Part shown: positions 20,600 to 29,986 of the stretch, piece by piece
Layout: every line of letters starts with the position of its first letter
Position numbering within the stretch: the first letter of the stretch is position 1
Assembly (NCBI GenBank): GCA_965222615.1
Contig: CBDCUI010000007.1
Location: 480,001-544,000 of the forward strand
Reading direction: 5' to 3'
Source of the DNA: Gammaproteobacteria bacterium
GTDB taxonomy: Bacteria > Pseudomonadota > Gammaproteobacteria > UBA4575
DNA: 64,000 bases
Notes under the pieces: generated by a model
What the model was told of the DNA's origin: nothing
The model's database searches: none
What the model saw: the letters and a program-made list of their open reading frames with translations, nothing else
Translations under genes and position numbers: made by a program

Positions 20600-22360
20600 T
20601 TATACTTGAAGGTCTGTTTGACTCGTTTCTCGAGATAATTTCAGTGTTTTTAAAGCTTGTACAAGCTTTGTATCAGCAGGGTCTATCGCTAACGCTTTTT
20701 TATAAAACAATATCGCCCTGTGATGGTTATTATTTTTTAGATCTTGTTCAGCCCAGCTTACATAACTTTTTTTAATCATTGCGATGCCTGCAATCGCATC
20801 AGAGTTATTTGGTTCAGCTCTTAATATTTGTTGATAGGTGTCATAAGCATTATTATTTGGTGGAGTAGTTAAGTTTTTATTTAATACCTGTTGCTTTGCT
20901 CTATTTAATAACTCAGTAACAGATGTTGTTTCCAATTCATAATCTTTTATTGAATTTGAAAGATTACTAAACTTATTAGCTACTATTTTTGAATTATCTT
21001 GAGAATCTAAAACTGCTAAAACTTCTTGGCTGATTAGGTCATTTGGGTTTATTTCACGCGCTTTTTGAATGAAATATTTAGCACGTTTCAATTCATTATT
21101 TTCCAAATGGTGTAATGCCCATCCTACATATTTATTGTGTGCTTTCTGAGTTTCTTGCTGAACTATTGTATTACTTTTTGGAATAGTAACTCTTTCATTA
21201 AGATATACTAGAAGTAATGCTAACGACGTTAAACCTAAAATAACGCTGAGTAGAACTACTTTCCCAACTGGTAAAGTATGTTTTTTTATTGAGATATCAC
21301 CATTTATTTTAAAACCGATAGCATTTTTGAGTAAAGAAGTTATAGATTTTGACAGCTTAGAATATCCGTCATACAAATCGCCACGAGGACGATATGTTAG
21401 AGCTGCGTTGAGATATTCTAAATCATCTATTGACGTTTCACGTGGTTTGAGAACAGAAATATTCTCACCTAAATATTCTGGCCCTGCTAATACACTATTG
21501 CTATTCTTCATTTGGTCAAGTATGTCTATTACTTTATGAGCAGTACTGATACGATCTTCTGCCTGCTTTGCCAGCATCTTATTTATTAGTGGCTGCAGGT
21601 ATTGATACTCTTTGGAAAGAGCAGGAATTGGATCATGTAAGTGAGCATTTCTTATCGCTTTACTATCGCCGTTATTGTACGGCGGTAGACCTGTAAGCAT
21701 TTCAAAGAAAACAACCCCTAATGAGTAGACATCGGAACTTGGTCCAATTGTATGTAAATTAATTTGTTCCGGACTCATATACCGCGGTGTACCAAAGTTA
21801 CATCGGTCTGAAATTTGAACGTGAGAATGTGATACCGTAGCAATACCAAAGTCGGATAAGACTGCAGAGTCTTCATCACGAAACAAAATGTTTTCCGGTT
21901 TGATATCACGATGGACAAAACCATTCTCGTGTGCGTAAGCCAAGGCCTTAGCAATCTGTTTAGTCACTTTCACAATCCACTCGAATTCAAGCTTACTAAC
22001 AAGACGCTGTCGAAGATTACCCCATGCCAAGTACTCCATTGCAATGTAATGGTATTCATCTGTTGTACCAACATCATGGATAGTGACAATATTTGGGTGG
22101 ACGAGCTTAGCATTCACTAAGCCTTCTTTGATAAAACGACTGGTGCTTTGCTCATTGTCGGACAAAGCAGTGTGCATCACTTTTAATGCAACCTGTCGTC
22201 CCAGTGATTTTTGGATTGCGACATAGACATTGGCAGTGCTACCACCACCACACCGTCCTATAATTCTATACCCTGGAATTTCTATATCGAGAGAGCTCTC
22301 GAATTTAGTTTGATCTATCCTTAGGTCGTAACTCTTTCCAACAATCTCCAGATCTATCAC
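20600..22360 (-). CDS. Hanks-type Ser/Thr protein kinase with TM segment and periplasmic TPR-like repeats
   Basis: VALK, HRDIKPEN, SDFG, GTPRYMSPEQ, SDVYSLG; TM; YKKALAIDP-type helices. Confidence 0.92.
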   Translation of the reverse strand: MIDLEIVGKSYDLRIDQTKFESSLDIEIPGYRIIGRCGGGSTANVYVAIQKSLGRQVALKVMHTALSDNEQSTSRFIKEGLVNAKLVHPNIVTIHDVGTTDEYHYIAMEYLAWGNLRQRLVSKLEFEWIVKVTKQIAKALAYAHENGFVHRDIKPENILFRDEDSAVLSDFGIATVSHSHVQISDRCNFGTPRYMSPEQINLHTIGPSSDVYSLGVVFFEMLTGLPPYNNGDSKAIRNAHLHDPIPALSKEYQYLQPLINKMLAKQAEDRISTAHKVIDILDQMKNSNSVLAGPEYLGENISVLKPRETSIDDLEYLNAALTYRPRGDLYDGYSKLSKSITSLLKNAIGFKINGDISIKKHTLPVGKVVLLSVILGLTSLALLLVYLNERVTIPKSNTIVQQETQKAHNKYVGWALHHLENNELKRAKYFIQKAREINPNDLISQEVLAVLDSQDNSKIVANKFSNLSNSIKDYELETTSVTELLNRAKQQVLNKNLTTPPNNNAYDTYQQILRAEPNNSDAIAGIAMIKKSYVSWAEQDLKNNNHHRAILFYKKALAIDPADTKLVQALKTLKLSRETSQTDLQV

Positions 22361-23173
22361 TTTGAATACACTACTATTTAAATATAAAACTTTATCATCG
22401 AAACGTCAGGCCCTGAAAGCACTTACCAACGACAAGCCTCTATGAAGTTTGTTTGCAGTAATTGAGCTACACTAAATTAGCTTCACATTTTTATACTGTC
22501 AGGTAAGTAAGTATAACTTATATCCGCAATAAGGCATGTCTTGAAAAAATTAAAAGACACAATTGAGCCCAACTAAGCTGATAACTCCCTGGACAAAGGG
22601 TTTATAGCATAAGGATTCACTGGATAGCTCAATTACTCTTAATTTATTGAAGACAATATTGATAATCTCATTTCAAGCAAGTAGTCGTTCTTCGATGTAG
22701 CTCACGCACACTCAATATCATAAGCCAATAGTTTAAAGTTATTTCTAACAAACGCCGTATGTAAAAATTATGACTTGAGATGTGTATTGTTACCTATACC
22801 GTATTTGTATTCAGGTATGTAAATCCACTAGTAAAAAGTATTTTAGATATGAATCCGGGTATATGGTAAACAGCGAAAACATAGAACCTTGGGATTTCAG
22901 TAAACCAGGAAGTAAAACACAAAACTTTAAATAAGACTACTGCAGACCAGTTAGTTAATTATTTAATGCTGAGAAAGTAACAAAATTGAAATAAAAAATA
23001 TTTTTAGATTGAGACAATCTTCACGAGCAAGTGCTCAAGCCTGGTGGTTTTACGTTGATTGTTAATAAGCTGTTTTTACGAGCATAGAAAAAATTGTCTA
23101 TTCTGATTGCTATTTAGTACTAAAAAGAAAAGTTACACATTTACACAAATTTATCTTTAAATATATTAGATCT

Positions 23174-23220
23174 CTCAAAACAAAAGCTATCACTATTCGT
23201 GATGAGTTTTTTATTTTGAG
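23174..23220. terminator. Long AT-rich hairpin downstream of the tRNA-Pro trailer
   Basis: ctcaaaa...atcac-tattc-gtgat...ttttgag. Confidence 0.45.
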
Positions 23221-23292
23221 AAAGAAATAAGAAATACTTTCGCCATATTTAATTTGCGAGTTTTTAATTTTTGTGTGACTTCGTCAGCATTC

Positions 23293-23460
23293 ATTTGCGT
23301 GTACTACCCACACACAAGGGTGGTCGGAGTGACACTTGTGCGCAGGTATTGCGCGCAAATCGAAGCATAGCGCAGCTATTCCGTAGATCCATCCGAGATG
23401 GTATGGCTTCGCCATACTTAATTTGCGACTAATACCCAGTCGCATGTGTGGTCGGAGTGA
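23293..23460 (-). repeat. tRNA-linked direct repeat, 128-bp period
   Basis: 23293-23332 aligns without gaps to 23421-23460 (tRNA 3' end plus a hairpin). Confidence 0.75.
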
Positions 23461-23525
23461 GAGGATTTGAACCTCCGACCCCTGCCTCCCGAAGACAGTG
23501 CTCTACCAAGCTGAGCTACACTCCG
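23449..23525 (-). tRNA. tRNA-Pro, anticodon CGG
   Basis: CGGAGTGTAGCTCAGCTTGGTAGAGCACTGTCTTCGGGAGGCAGGGGTCGGAGGTTCAAATCCTCTCACTCCGACCA; 77-nt cloverleaf with encoded CCA. Confidence 0.97.
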
Positions 23526-23605
23526 AATATTTCTTTAAATTACATTGGACTGATTTAACTAGTGTAGCAAAAGTTCACGGCTTTTTATTTGTCTTTTTTT
23601 ATAGA

Positions 23606-25294
23606 TTACTTTCTACCATAAAGTGTCCGTATTAATTCTCCATTAACTTTTTTCGATTTATGTGTTTCCTTATTGTCTTTCGATACAAATACGAGCAAGG
23701 CATCCTTAATTTCTATATCATGCTTAACAAGCGGGAATTCACCTATGAATAACCACTTATCATTATCTTCAAACAACATTGTTTTCAACAAAGTGTAGTA
23801 ATTTCTATGTCTATCCGCATTAATAGATGTGTCTAAAATTACTGCATTAACTGGGATAGCATCCAGCAACTCAGCAATTTCTGTAGTTGTTTGAACCTTT
23901 TCTTCAGAAACCCTTCCAAACCAATCCTGATCAACAAAAAGCTTGGAGCCTCTCAATACGTATTCACCCACTTTGTGTTGAGAGGCAGCTGCCGCAATTA
24001 CACTTCCCTCACCAACTGATTCGGAAGCAACTAAAATGGCCAATTGCTCTGCTTGCAATTGTTTTGAAATTTCACTTAAAGCATTTGTATATCCTGTATT
24101 TGTAGAGCCGGCGATACTGAACTGCGTGAAAAGAAACGCAATCGCTGCAAAAATATAAGCTATTTGATAGACATATTTCCTAGATGACATAGTAGAAAAT
24201 TTATTAGCTATCCATTCTATTCCAGCAACGGCAAATAATATTAAAGCCGGTATAGCAACCAGCATATAGCGGCTATCTAAGGAGGCCGCCACGAAGACAT
24301 GCATTAAATAAGTTGCAGTTACAAGTGCAGCAAGTGCTGGCCAAATCAAGTCAACTTGTTTTTTCGTTAACAAAGGAACAAGAATTTTTACCCAAATACC
24401 AAATAAGATTGGAATAAATAAAACTAGACCAACCGCTTTATATAATTCCTCAGCAAAATGAGGAATTGCCTGCTGCGTGTACTCCGTACTAAAAACAGCC
24501 TCACCAACAAATGCCCCCGTATTTACACTTGGCATTATTAGATACCATGGCACACAGAAAATTATGACAGGAACTGCCGATAACCAAAATACCGGGCGCA
24601 GCAACATATTGAACCGCCATGCAAATAACATAGTAAGAATAGGCATTAACCCTATCGCCCATGCACTGCCTCGAGTAAGAATTGCTAGCGTTGCAAATAT
24701 AGAGAACAAAAGGCCATGAAAAAGCTTTTCACTTGACAAAAACTTTGTAAGAAAGATTACCGATAACAAAGTAAATAAAGTTACCAAATGTCCAAGCATT
24801 ACAGTTCCGGTAAGCTGCTGAACAAATGGCAGCGCAAGAAATATACTAGCTGCGAAAGCACCCGCTAATTTACTAAACTGCGATTTAGCAAGATGATAGA
24901 TTGCCGTAGCTGTTGTAGCAGCTACAATAGCGATAAAACTCAGCGCTGATATTCTTGATATACCGAAAAAAATAAACCAAACACCAAGTAGCGCATAAAA
25001 AATAGGTGGCCAATGCCCAATGGCAACCTTAGGATAATGGGTATAATAATCCTCTGCATATCTTATTGGATCACTATATTCTCCACTTAAGATAAAGTCA
25101 TGGACCATTAAAGATGTTACATAGTGTGACGGCTCATCCGAGAAACTACTATACTCATTAGCTAAACAACCGCCTAACCATTGCAATAAAAAAGCTTCTA
25201 TACAAAATACCAACCCAACTAGGCTATATTCCCAATAGCGATTTTTTACACCACTAGATGAATCTAGTTTTTCATTTGCTGATAAACTTATCAT
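23606..25294 (-). CDS. GT-C fold polyprenol-phosphate-dependent glycosyltransferase (PMT/ArnT-like)
   Basis: Multi-TM; first loop has DEPSH acidic motif and HWPPIF; late DSRYM motif. Confidence 0.75.
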   Translation of the reverse strand: MISLSANEKLDSSSGVKNRYWEYSLVGLVFCIEAFLLQWLGGCLANEYSSFSDEPSHYVTSLMVHDFILSGEYSDPIRYAEDYYTHYPKVAIGHWPPIFYALLGVWFIFFGISRISALSFIAIVAATTATAIYHLAKSQFSKLAGAFAASIFLALPFVQQLTGTVMLGHLVTLFTLLSVIFLTKFLSSEKLFHGLLFSIFATLAILTRGSAWAIGLMPILTMLFAWRFNMLLRPVFWLSAVPVIIFCVPWYLIMPSVNTGAFVGEAVFSTEYTQQAIPHFAEELYKAVGLVLFIPILFGIWVKILVPLLTKKQVDLIWPALAALVTATYLMHVFVAASLDSRYMLVAIPALILFAVAGIEWIANKFSTMSSRKYVYQIAYIFAAIAFLFTQFSIAGSTNTGYTNALSEISKQLQAEQLAILVASESVGEGSVIAAAASQHKVGEYVLRGSKLFVDQDWFGRVSEEKVQTTTEIAELLDAIPVNAVILDTSINADRHRNYYTLLKTMLFEDNDKWLFIGEFPLVKHDIEIKDALLVFVSKDNKETHKSKKVNGELIRTLYGRK

Positions 25295-25570
25295 AATCCT
25301 TTAAACCCTATAAATCCTTTTTAAACAAGCTCACCAAATTTCTACTTCTATCTGTGAAGCTTGGGATACTAACTGTAGCTTTTCGGTAGGATTAACTACA
25401 ATCCCCATATGAAGCTTTGCAAAATACATTAGTACTGCAAATAGTAAATGTAATATTTTTATAAGCCTCCAGGGTTGTCTTACCAAATAAAATGGCAAAT
25501 AAATGTCCCCGTTTCGTTAAGAGTGCCATATAAATTAACAACAATAGTAAAATCTTTTTTTCCAATTTTG

Positions 25571-25990
25571 CTAGCGATTTGAAAATGTAATATTTCTATT
25601 TAAATAGTAATTTAAAATAAAAATAATCGTTATAGTAATTACTTGTACACTTACGTAGTGCCAGTTCGTAACCGTAGATAATGTCCAAAATAATATGGTA
25701 TTTAGCATCAGTGTTGAAATAGTGATAATGCAATAAATCGAAAAGCTCGTTATCAGTTTCGCCGATGAATTAAATACATATTTCTTTTGCAAAATATAGT
25801 TAACGGGTGTAGCACAAATAAAACCTATGGCAGATGCAAGTGTCTCATTTACTGCCCATACTTCTACCAACACTGCTAATACAAGCAGATGAACAAGTAC
25901 AGCAATGCTGCCTGCGATTCCATAGCGAAACAGTTCACCAATTCTTGACTGACTAAACGCAATCAGCCAGCGTTCAAGATATAACATCAA
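25571..25990 (-). CDS. GtrA family flippase
   Basis: Four TM segments; FRYGIAG, NYILQKKYVF, NYYLNRNITF. Confidence 0.88.
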   Translation of the reverse strand: MMLYLERWLIAFSQSRIGELFRYGIAGSIAVLVHLLVLAVLVEVWAVNETLASAIGFICATPVNYILQKKYVFNSSAKLITSFSIYCIITISTLMLNTILFWTLSTVTNWHYVSVQVITITIIFILNYYLNRNITFSNR

Positions 25991-25991
25991 A

Positions 25992-26975
25992 TTAAGGTTC
26001 GTGTACTTCTAGTAAAAAATTAAGCCATGGAAGTTCAATAAATAATGCCGTTACCGCAGCAATACCGAGAATAGCTATAAATAATATAAACTTTTTCTTT
26101 TTATATAGTTTTTCGGGAGCTTGTGATACAGAATTGACCTGCATACCAATATACAAATACCAAACAAATAAAATGGCAAAAAGAGGTAATATCAGTAAAA
26201 ACTCAATCTTATACTTAACTAGAAATACACCAAGAAAAACTGCTGACATTAATGCATAAAAGAAAGCGGAAAGCAGTAGTTTTTCTTCTGTGTAATGTTG
26301 AAATGAAGCACGATATAACCCTGCACGGCCGGAGTCATCTATAAATCGATATTCCGCATAGCGTTTCACCGCCATTAGAAATGCGCCACCCATCCAATAA
26401 GATAACAGCACACTAGATGGAGGAATAAGCGGTGCCACCACCAAATACCAACCTAGTAAAAAACGTAATGGATTATTAATTGCCTCAGACAAAACATCTA
26501 TGTAAACACGGTCTTTAGTTCGTAGTGGGCTTACGTTATATATAACCCCCATTATTAATAATGTCGCATTCGTAATTAGAAATTCAATTTTAATCAAATA
26601 AGAAAGATAAAGACCTAGAGCCGAAAGTAATAACCACTGAAGCAATACAAATTCTTTCTTAACACTACCTAATGCCGATGGACGATTCTTTTTTACTGGG
26701 TGGTGACGATCATACTTTGCATCCAACCATTCATTGATAGTGTAATTTGCTGACGCAATTAAACAGACACTAGTAACACCAATGATCAATATCCAGATAA
26801 AATTGTTTGGAATAGTTGCACCCAAAGCTATTGCAAAAATTAGCCCGGGTATCATAAAAATATTTTTAAACCAGTGGTCTGGGCGCGCAATATCAATGTA
26901 AGGCTTTATATTCTTTTGCACTTTTTTAACCCAATTACCTTGCTGAGCCTCAAGCATGTTCGGTGTAGGATCCAT
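25992..26975 (-). CDS. UbiA-family polyprenyl-phosphate phosphoribosyltransferase (Rv3806c-like)
   Basis: RPDHWFKN, NEWLDAKYDRHHPVKKNRP, KRYAE motifs. Confidence 0.8.
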   Translation of the reverse strand: MDPTPNMLEAQQGNWVKKVQKNIKPYIDIARPDHWFKNIFMIPGLIFAIALGATIPNNFIWILIIGVTSVCLIASANYTINEWLDAKYDRHHPVKKNRPSALGSVKKEFVLLQWLLLSALGLYLSYLIKIEFLITNATLLIMGVIYNVSPLRTKDRVYIDVLSEAINNPLRFLLGWYLVVAPLIPPSSVLLSYWMGGAFLMAVKRYAEYRFIDDSGRAGLYRASFQHYTEEKLLLSAFFYALMSAVFLGVFLVKYKIEFLLILPLFAILFVWYLYIGMQVNSVSQAPEKLYKKKKFILFIAILGIAAVTALFIELPWLNFLLEVHEP

Positions 26976-27252
26976 TTACTACTATCGTCCTATTTATTAA
27001 TAGTTATACTTTTATTATACGTTTTACAGAGTTATAACCTTTTTAATAACTCTTTGTTTTTTGAATTTCTCCTTAAACCTAGAATTATATTTTGTGACCT
27101 AGTTCACATTAAGTAAAACAAAGGCCTACATAAAGTATTGTTAATTGCTTGTATCTCACCATATTGAACAGATTAAATCGTCATATAATTAAAATCTCTC
27201 TGACAAATTCCTTAATTATTGAAATGAATTTTCTCTGTGATTTGATACTTAT

Positions 27253-29409
27253 TTATTCAGAATTTCCACGAATAGAATAAATTTTGGCACCAACATTACG
27301 ACTTGCCTCTATTGTTTCATAATAGGGTGTATCGGTAATACTGATAAATCCTATTTGGTAATTTTCTTCATCTAGTGTTCTTCCAGTTAAGGGTTGGTCT
27401 ATATACTGAAACCAATGAGCACCGATGATATAAGGGTTCACAAGAGCGCTTTTAAGATAGTGTTTATATTTTTTTGCTCTGTCTTGTTGGTTATCTGCAT
27501 GTACCAACCCCGACCCAAAAACCCCTCGATCATTTGAACCAAAATGCCACTCTCCTATTAGAATTGGCTTATCGATACTATCAGGTGGAGCAAAATCCCC
27601 TACATCAGTCCGATATAAATTATAACTCACCACATCTGCATACTTAGCGGCAGCAGTAGCGGGTATAGGAAACTCACCATTCAGCCTACTTCCCAAGTAA
27701 AGTATGTCAGGTGCATGTTGTTTAATAAATTTCCGTATAGATTTGTAGTACTGTTCCGCAGACATTCTATAAAATTCACTGGCAATATCCCAAGGTATAT
27801 CCACATCATTTAAAATTACTGGTACATCCAGTGCAGCCCATGTGCCGAAATTAGTATTCCAATGTTGATTAAATTCATCTATAGCTTTATATTTTTGAAC
27901 TAGAAACTCAATAAACTTTACTTTTGCAGGCTGTTTAGCTGGAGCACTTAGTATCATTGCAACAAACGATTTTGCATCTCCCCAAGGTAATTCGTTATCA
28001 ACAAATACTCCAATACACCAAGCATCTTCTTTAAGTCGATTTAGTTTTCCCTTTGTCTTTTCTAGTTGCACAATAAATCCTGAATCCCACATATCTACCA
28101 TATTAGTTTTATACTTTCCTTTTCCCACTATTTTAGGTGCTCGATAATATAGCCATTCGACATAAGGAGTCTTGCCCATAGAAGTAATTTCATTTGCAGA
28201 CCAAAGCCCTATAGTATTTAGCCCCCAACTAGCAAGGCGCTTATGTATAAGTCTGTTTACAGTTTGTTTCCAATCTAGGCCATATTTGATCATCAAGTTA
28301 GACTGAAAAAAATCATAGGCCTTCAACTTGTCCCGGGCTTTATAGTATCCCTTTTTAACTTGATGTCTTTTTAAATTTGCAAAAAGATTTTCAAAGTACA
28401 GTGTATTATCCGCTAGATTACTAAAGTATTCTTCACGGTCTGTGACAATGGTCAGCTGTGTATTTCTAACCACATCTACACCATGTGACCAAAATAAATA
28501 TCCTTCTGGGTCGATGAACCACCATTTATTGTCAACCTTTTTCACCCGAAAATGCTGAGTAGGTTTAAACCGTGGACCATTTATCCATCCACCGTATTTA
28601 TTCCAATTGCCGGGTCGAAGGTGTTGCTTAAGCTCATTGACTTCAAACTCCCTTTGGGCTTTTAGATCATCGATCGATAGAACCTTGTTTGGCCAATTAG
28701 CATGCTTAAATTGACCGAACCGATCTACAAAAGGGAAAAATTCTTTTTTGGATAGATTCATCCATGGCATATGATTGTAATCACCCATTGCTTTCAAATT
28801 CCCAATTTCAAATGTTCGAGATGTGGATGAACGCTTTACGAAAACGACTAATTTTGAAACCTTGTGCGCATCAAAACCTGTTTCAGACATGCCATGTGGT
28901 AGTTTCCGCATGCCAATAAGTTTAGATATTGAAGCCTTTTGTTGTTTAAGTTTTAGATGAATACTGCGCGTTTTCAATGCCGGTATTGTAATTCTTGCTG
29001 TGCTCCATGGACGTAGTTTTTTGTTTGTGAGCAAAGGGCTATCTGCTCGCAGAAAAAGTGTCAACGGTGTTGTATCTAAATTTTTTACAGTTAGTGTAAT
29101 CTCTAAATACCGTGCAAGATTCCAGTAATCCTTATCAGCTGGTTTAATGGTAACACCAGGCCAAGGTTTAGAGGTCCCGGCTATAACATGTAAAAAATCT
29201 GGTTGCGACCTAGAGTCTTTTATAACCGCGTCATTTGTTTTTAACTGTGAATGGTTACTTAAATCAGCTAGCTCTATTACAGCAGGGCTTTCCTTTGCAA
29301 CGTTAGTAGCATTAGCTACTTCTGCTAGGTGCGTCTGTGTGCTTGCAAGACTGTTAATGCTATAAACAACAAAAAACAATAAAACAATTCTGGCTGTTCT
29401 TGGATTCAC
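27253..29409 (-). CDS. Exported GH50 beta-agarase-like glycoside hydrolase
   Basis: Signal peptide; VDRFGQF, KWWFIDPEGYLFWSHG, FVDNELPWG, GEWHFGSNDRG, GAHWFQYIDQP. Confidence 0.82.
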   Translation of the reverse strand: MNPRTARIVLLFFVVYSINSLASTQTHLAEVANATNVAKESPAVIELADLSNHSQLKTNDAVIKDSRSQPDFLHVIAGTSKPWPGVTIKPADKDYWNLARYLEITLTVKNLDTTPLTLFLRADSPLLTNKKLRPWSTARITIPALKTRSIHLKLKQQKASISKLIGMRKLPHGMSETGFDAHKVSKLVVFVKRSSTSRTFEIGNLKAMGDYNHMPWMNLSKKEFFPFVDRFGQFKHANWPNKVLSIDDLKAQREFEVNELKQHLRPGNWNKYGGWINGPRFKPTQHFRVKKVDNKWWFIDPEGYLFWSHGVDVVRNTQLTIVTDREEYFSNLADNTLYFENLFANLKRHQVKKGYYKARDKLKAYDFFQSNLMIKYGLDWKQTVNRLIHKRLASWGLNTIGLWSANEITSMGKTPYVEWLYYRAPKIVGKGKYKTNMVDMWDSGFIVQLEKTKGKLNRLKEDAWCIGVFVDNELPWGDAKSFVAMILSAPAKQPAKVKFIEFLVQKYKAIDEFNQHWNTNFGTWAALDVPVILNDVDIPWDIASEFYRMSAEQYYKSIRKFIKQHAPDILYLGSRLNGEFPIPATAAAKYADVVSYNLYRTDVGDFAPPDSIDKPILIGEWHFGSNDRGVFGSGLVHADNQQDRAKKYKHYLKSALVNPYIIGAHWFQYIDQPLTGRTLDEENYQIGFISITDTPYYETIEASRNVGAKIYSIRGNSE

Positions 29410-29986
29410 AACATTTTATTAATTTTTAAGCAAATAGGCTTATCTAGCATTATTATAAGAAGCCAATTTTAATTATTTGAGGGGTAAAACAAGCTTATTC
29501 TGAGCCTACCAATGATTTTCTTAGAATCAGCAACGAATGAACCATGCCCTAACCTCATCTAATTACAAGACATTAGATTAACTATGGTTAATTAGTTGCC
29601 CAACCTAATGCAACTATTGTCAGTCTCTCACATCCAATTATTCAGGTACATATCAGTAATTAGTTTTACGTGTTTTGTAATGTGCCCATTAAGTGCTTGG
29701 GTTAGCTCTAGACTGATACCTGTCTATACTAACCATTTGTCAGAACATAAATTTTTATAAAAATGAGCTAATTTATTGAAATAATTCACAAAGAACTGAA
29801 ATATTTAACTAAGTTTAGCCTTAACTAATGTTAGTATATTGGGCTAAGGTGGCTTACATCCAGGCAAATATACATACGTAAGGGGCTCATTGATTCGGTA
29901 TTAACCTTTTAATACTGAATAAAGCCTGTTTAATTTATAGTAACGAGCTTTGTTTTTTTACCATTGACTAATACTAAAGCTAGAAT

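Noticed and set aside
23239-23460. CRISPR-like array near the tRNA
   Set aside because: Only two unequal repeat pairs, derived from the tRNA end and trailer; no regular spacers or cas genes
25300-25560. Possible 45-aa minus-strand ORF between gtrA and the GT-C gene
   Set aside because: No recognisable motif or clear RBS
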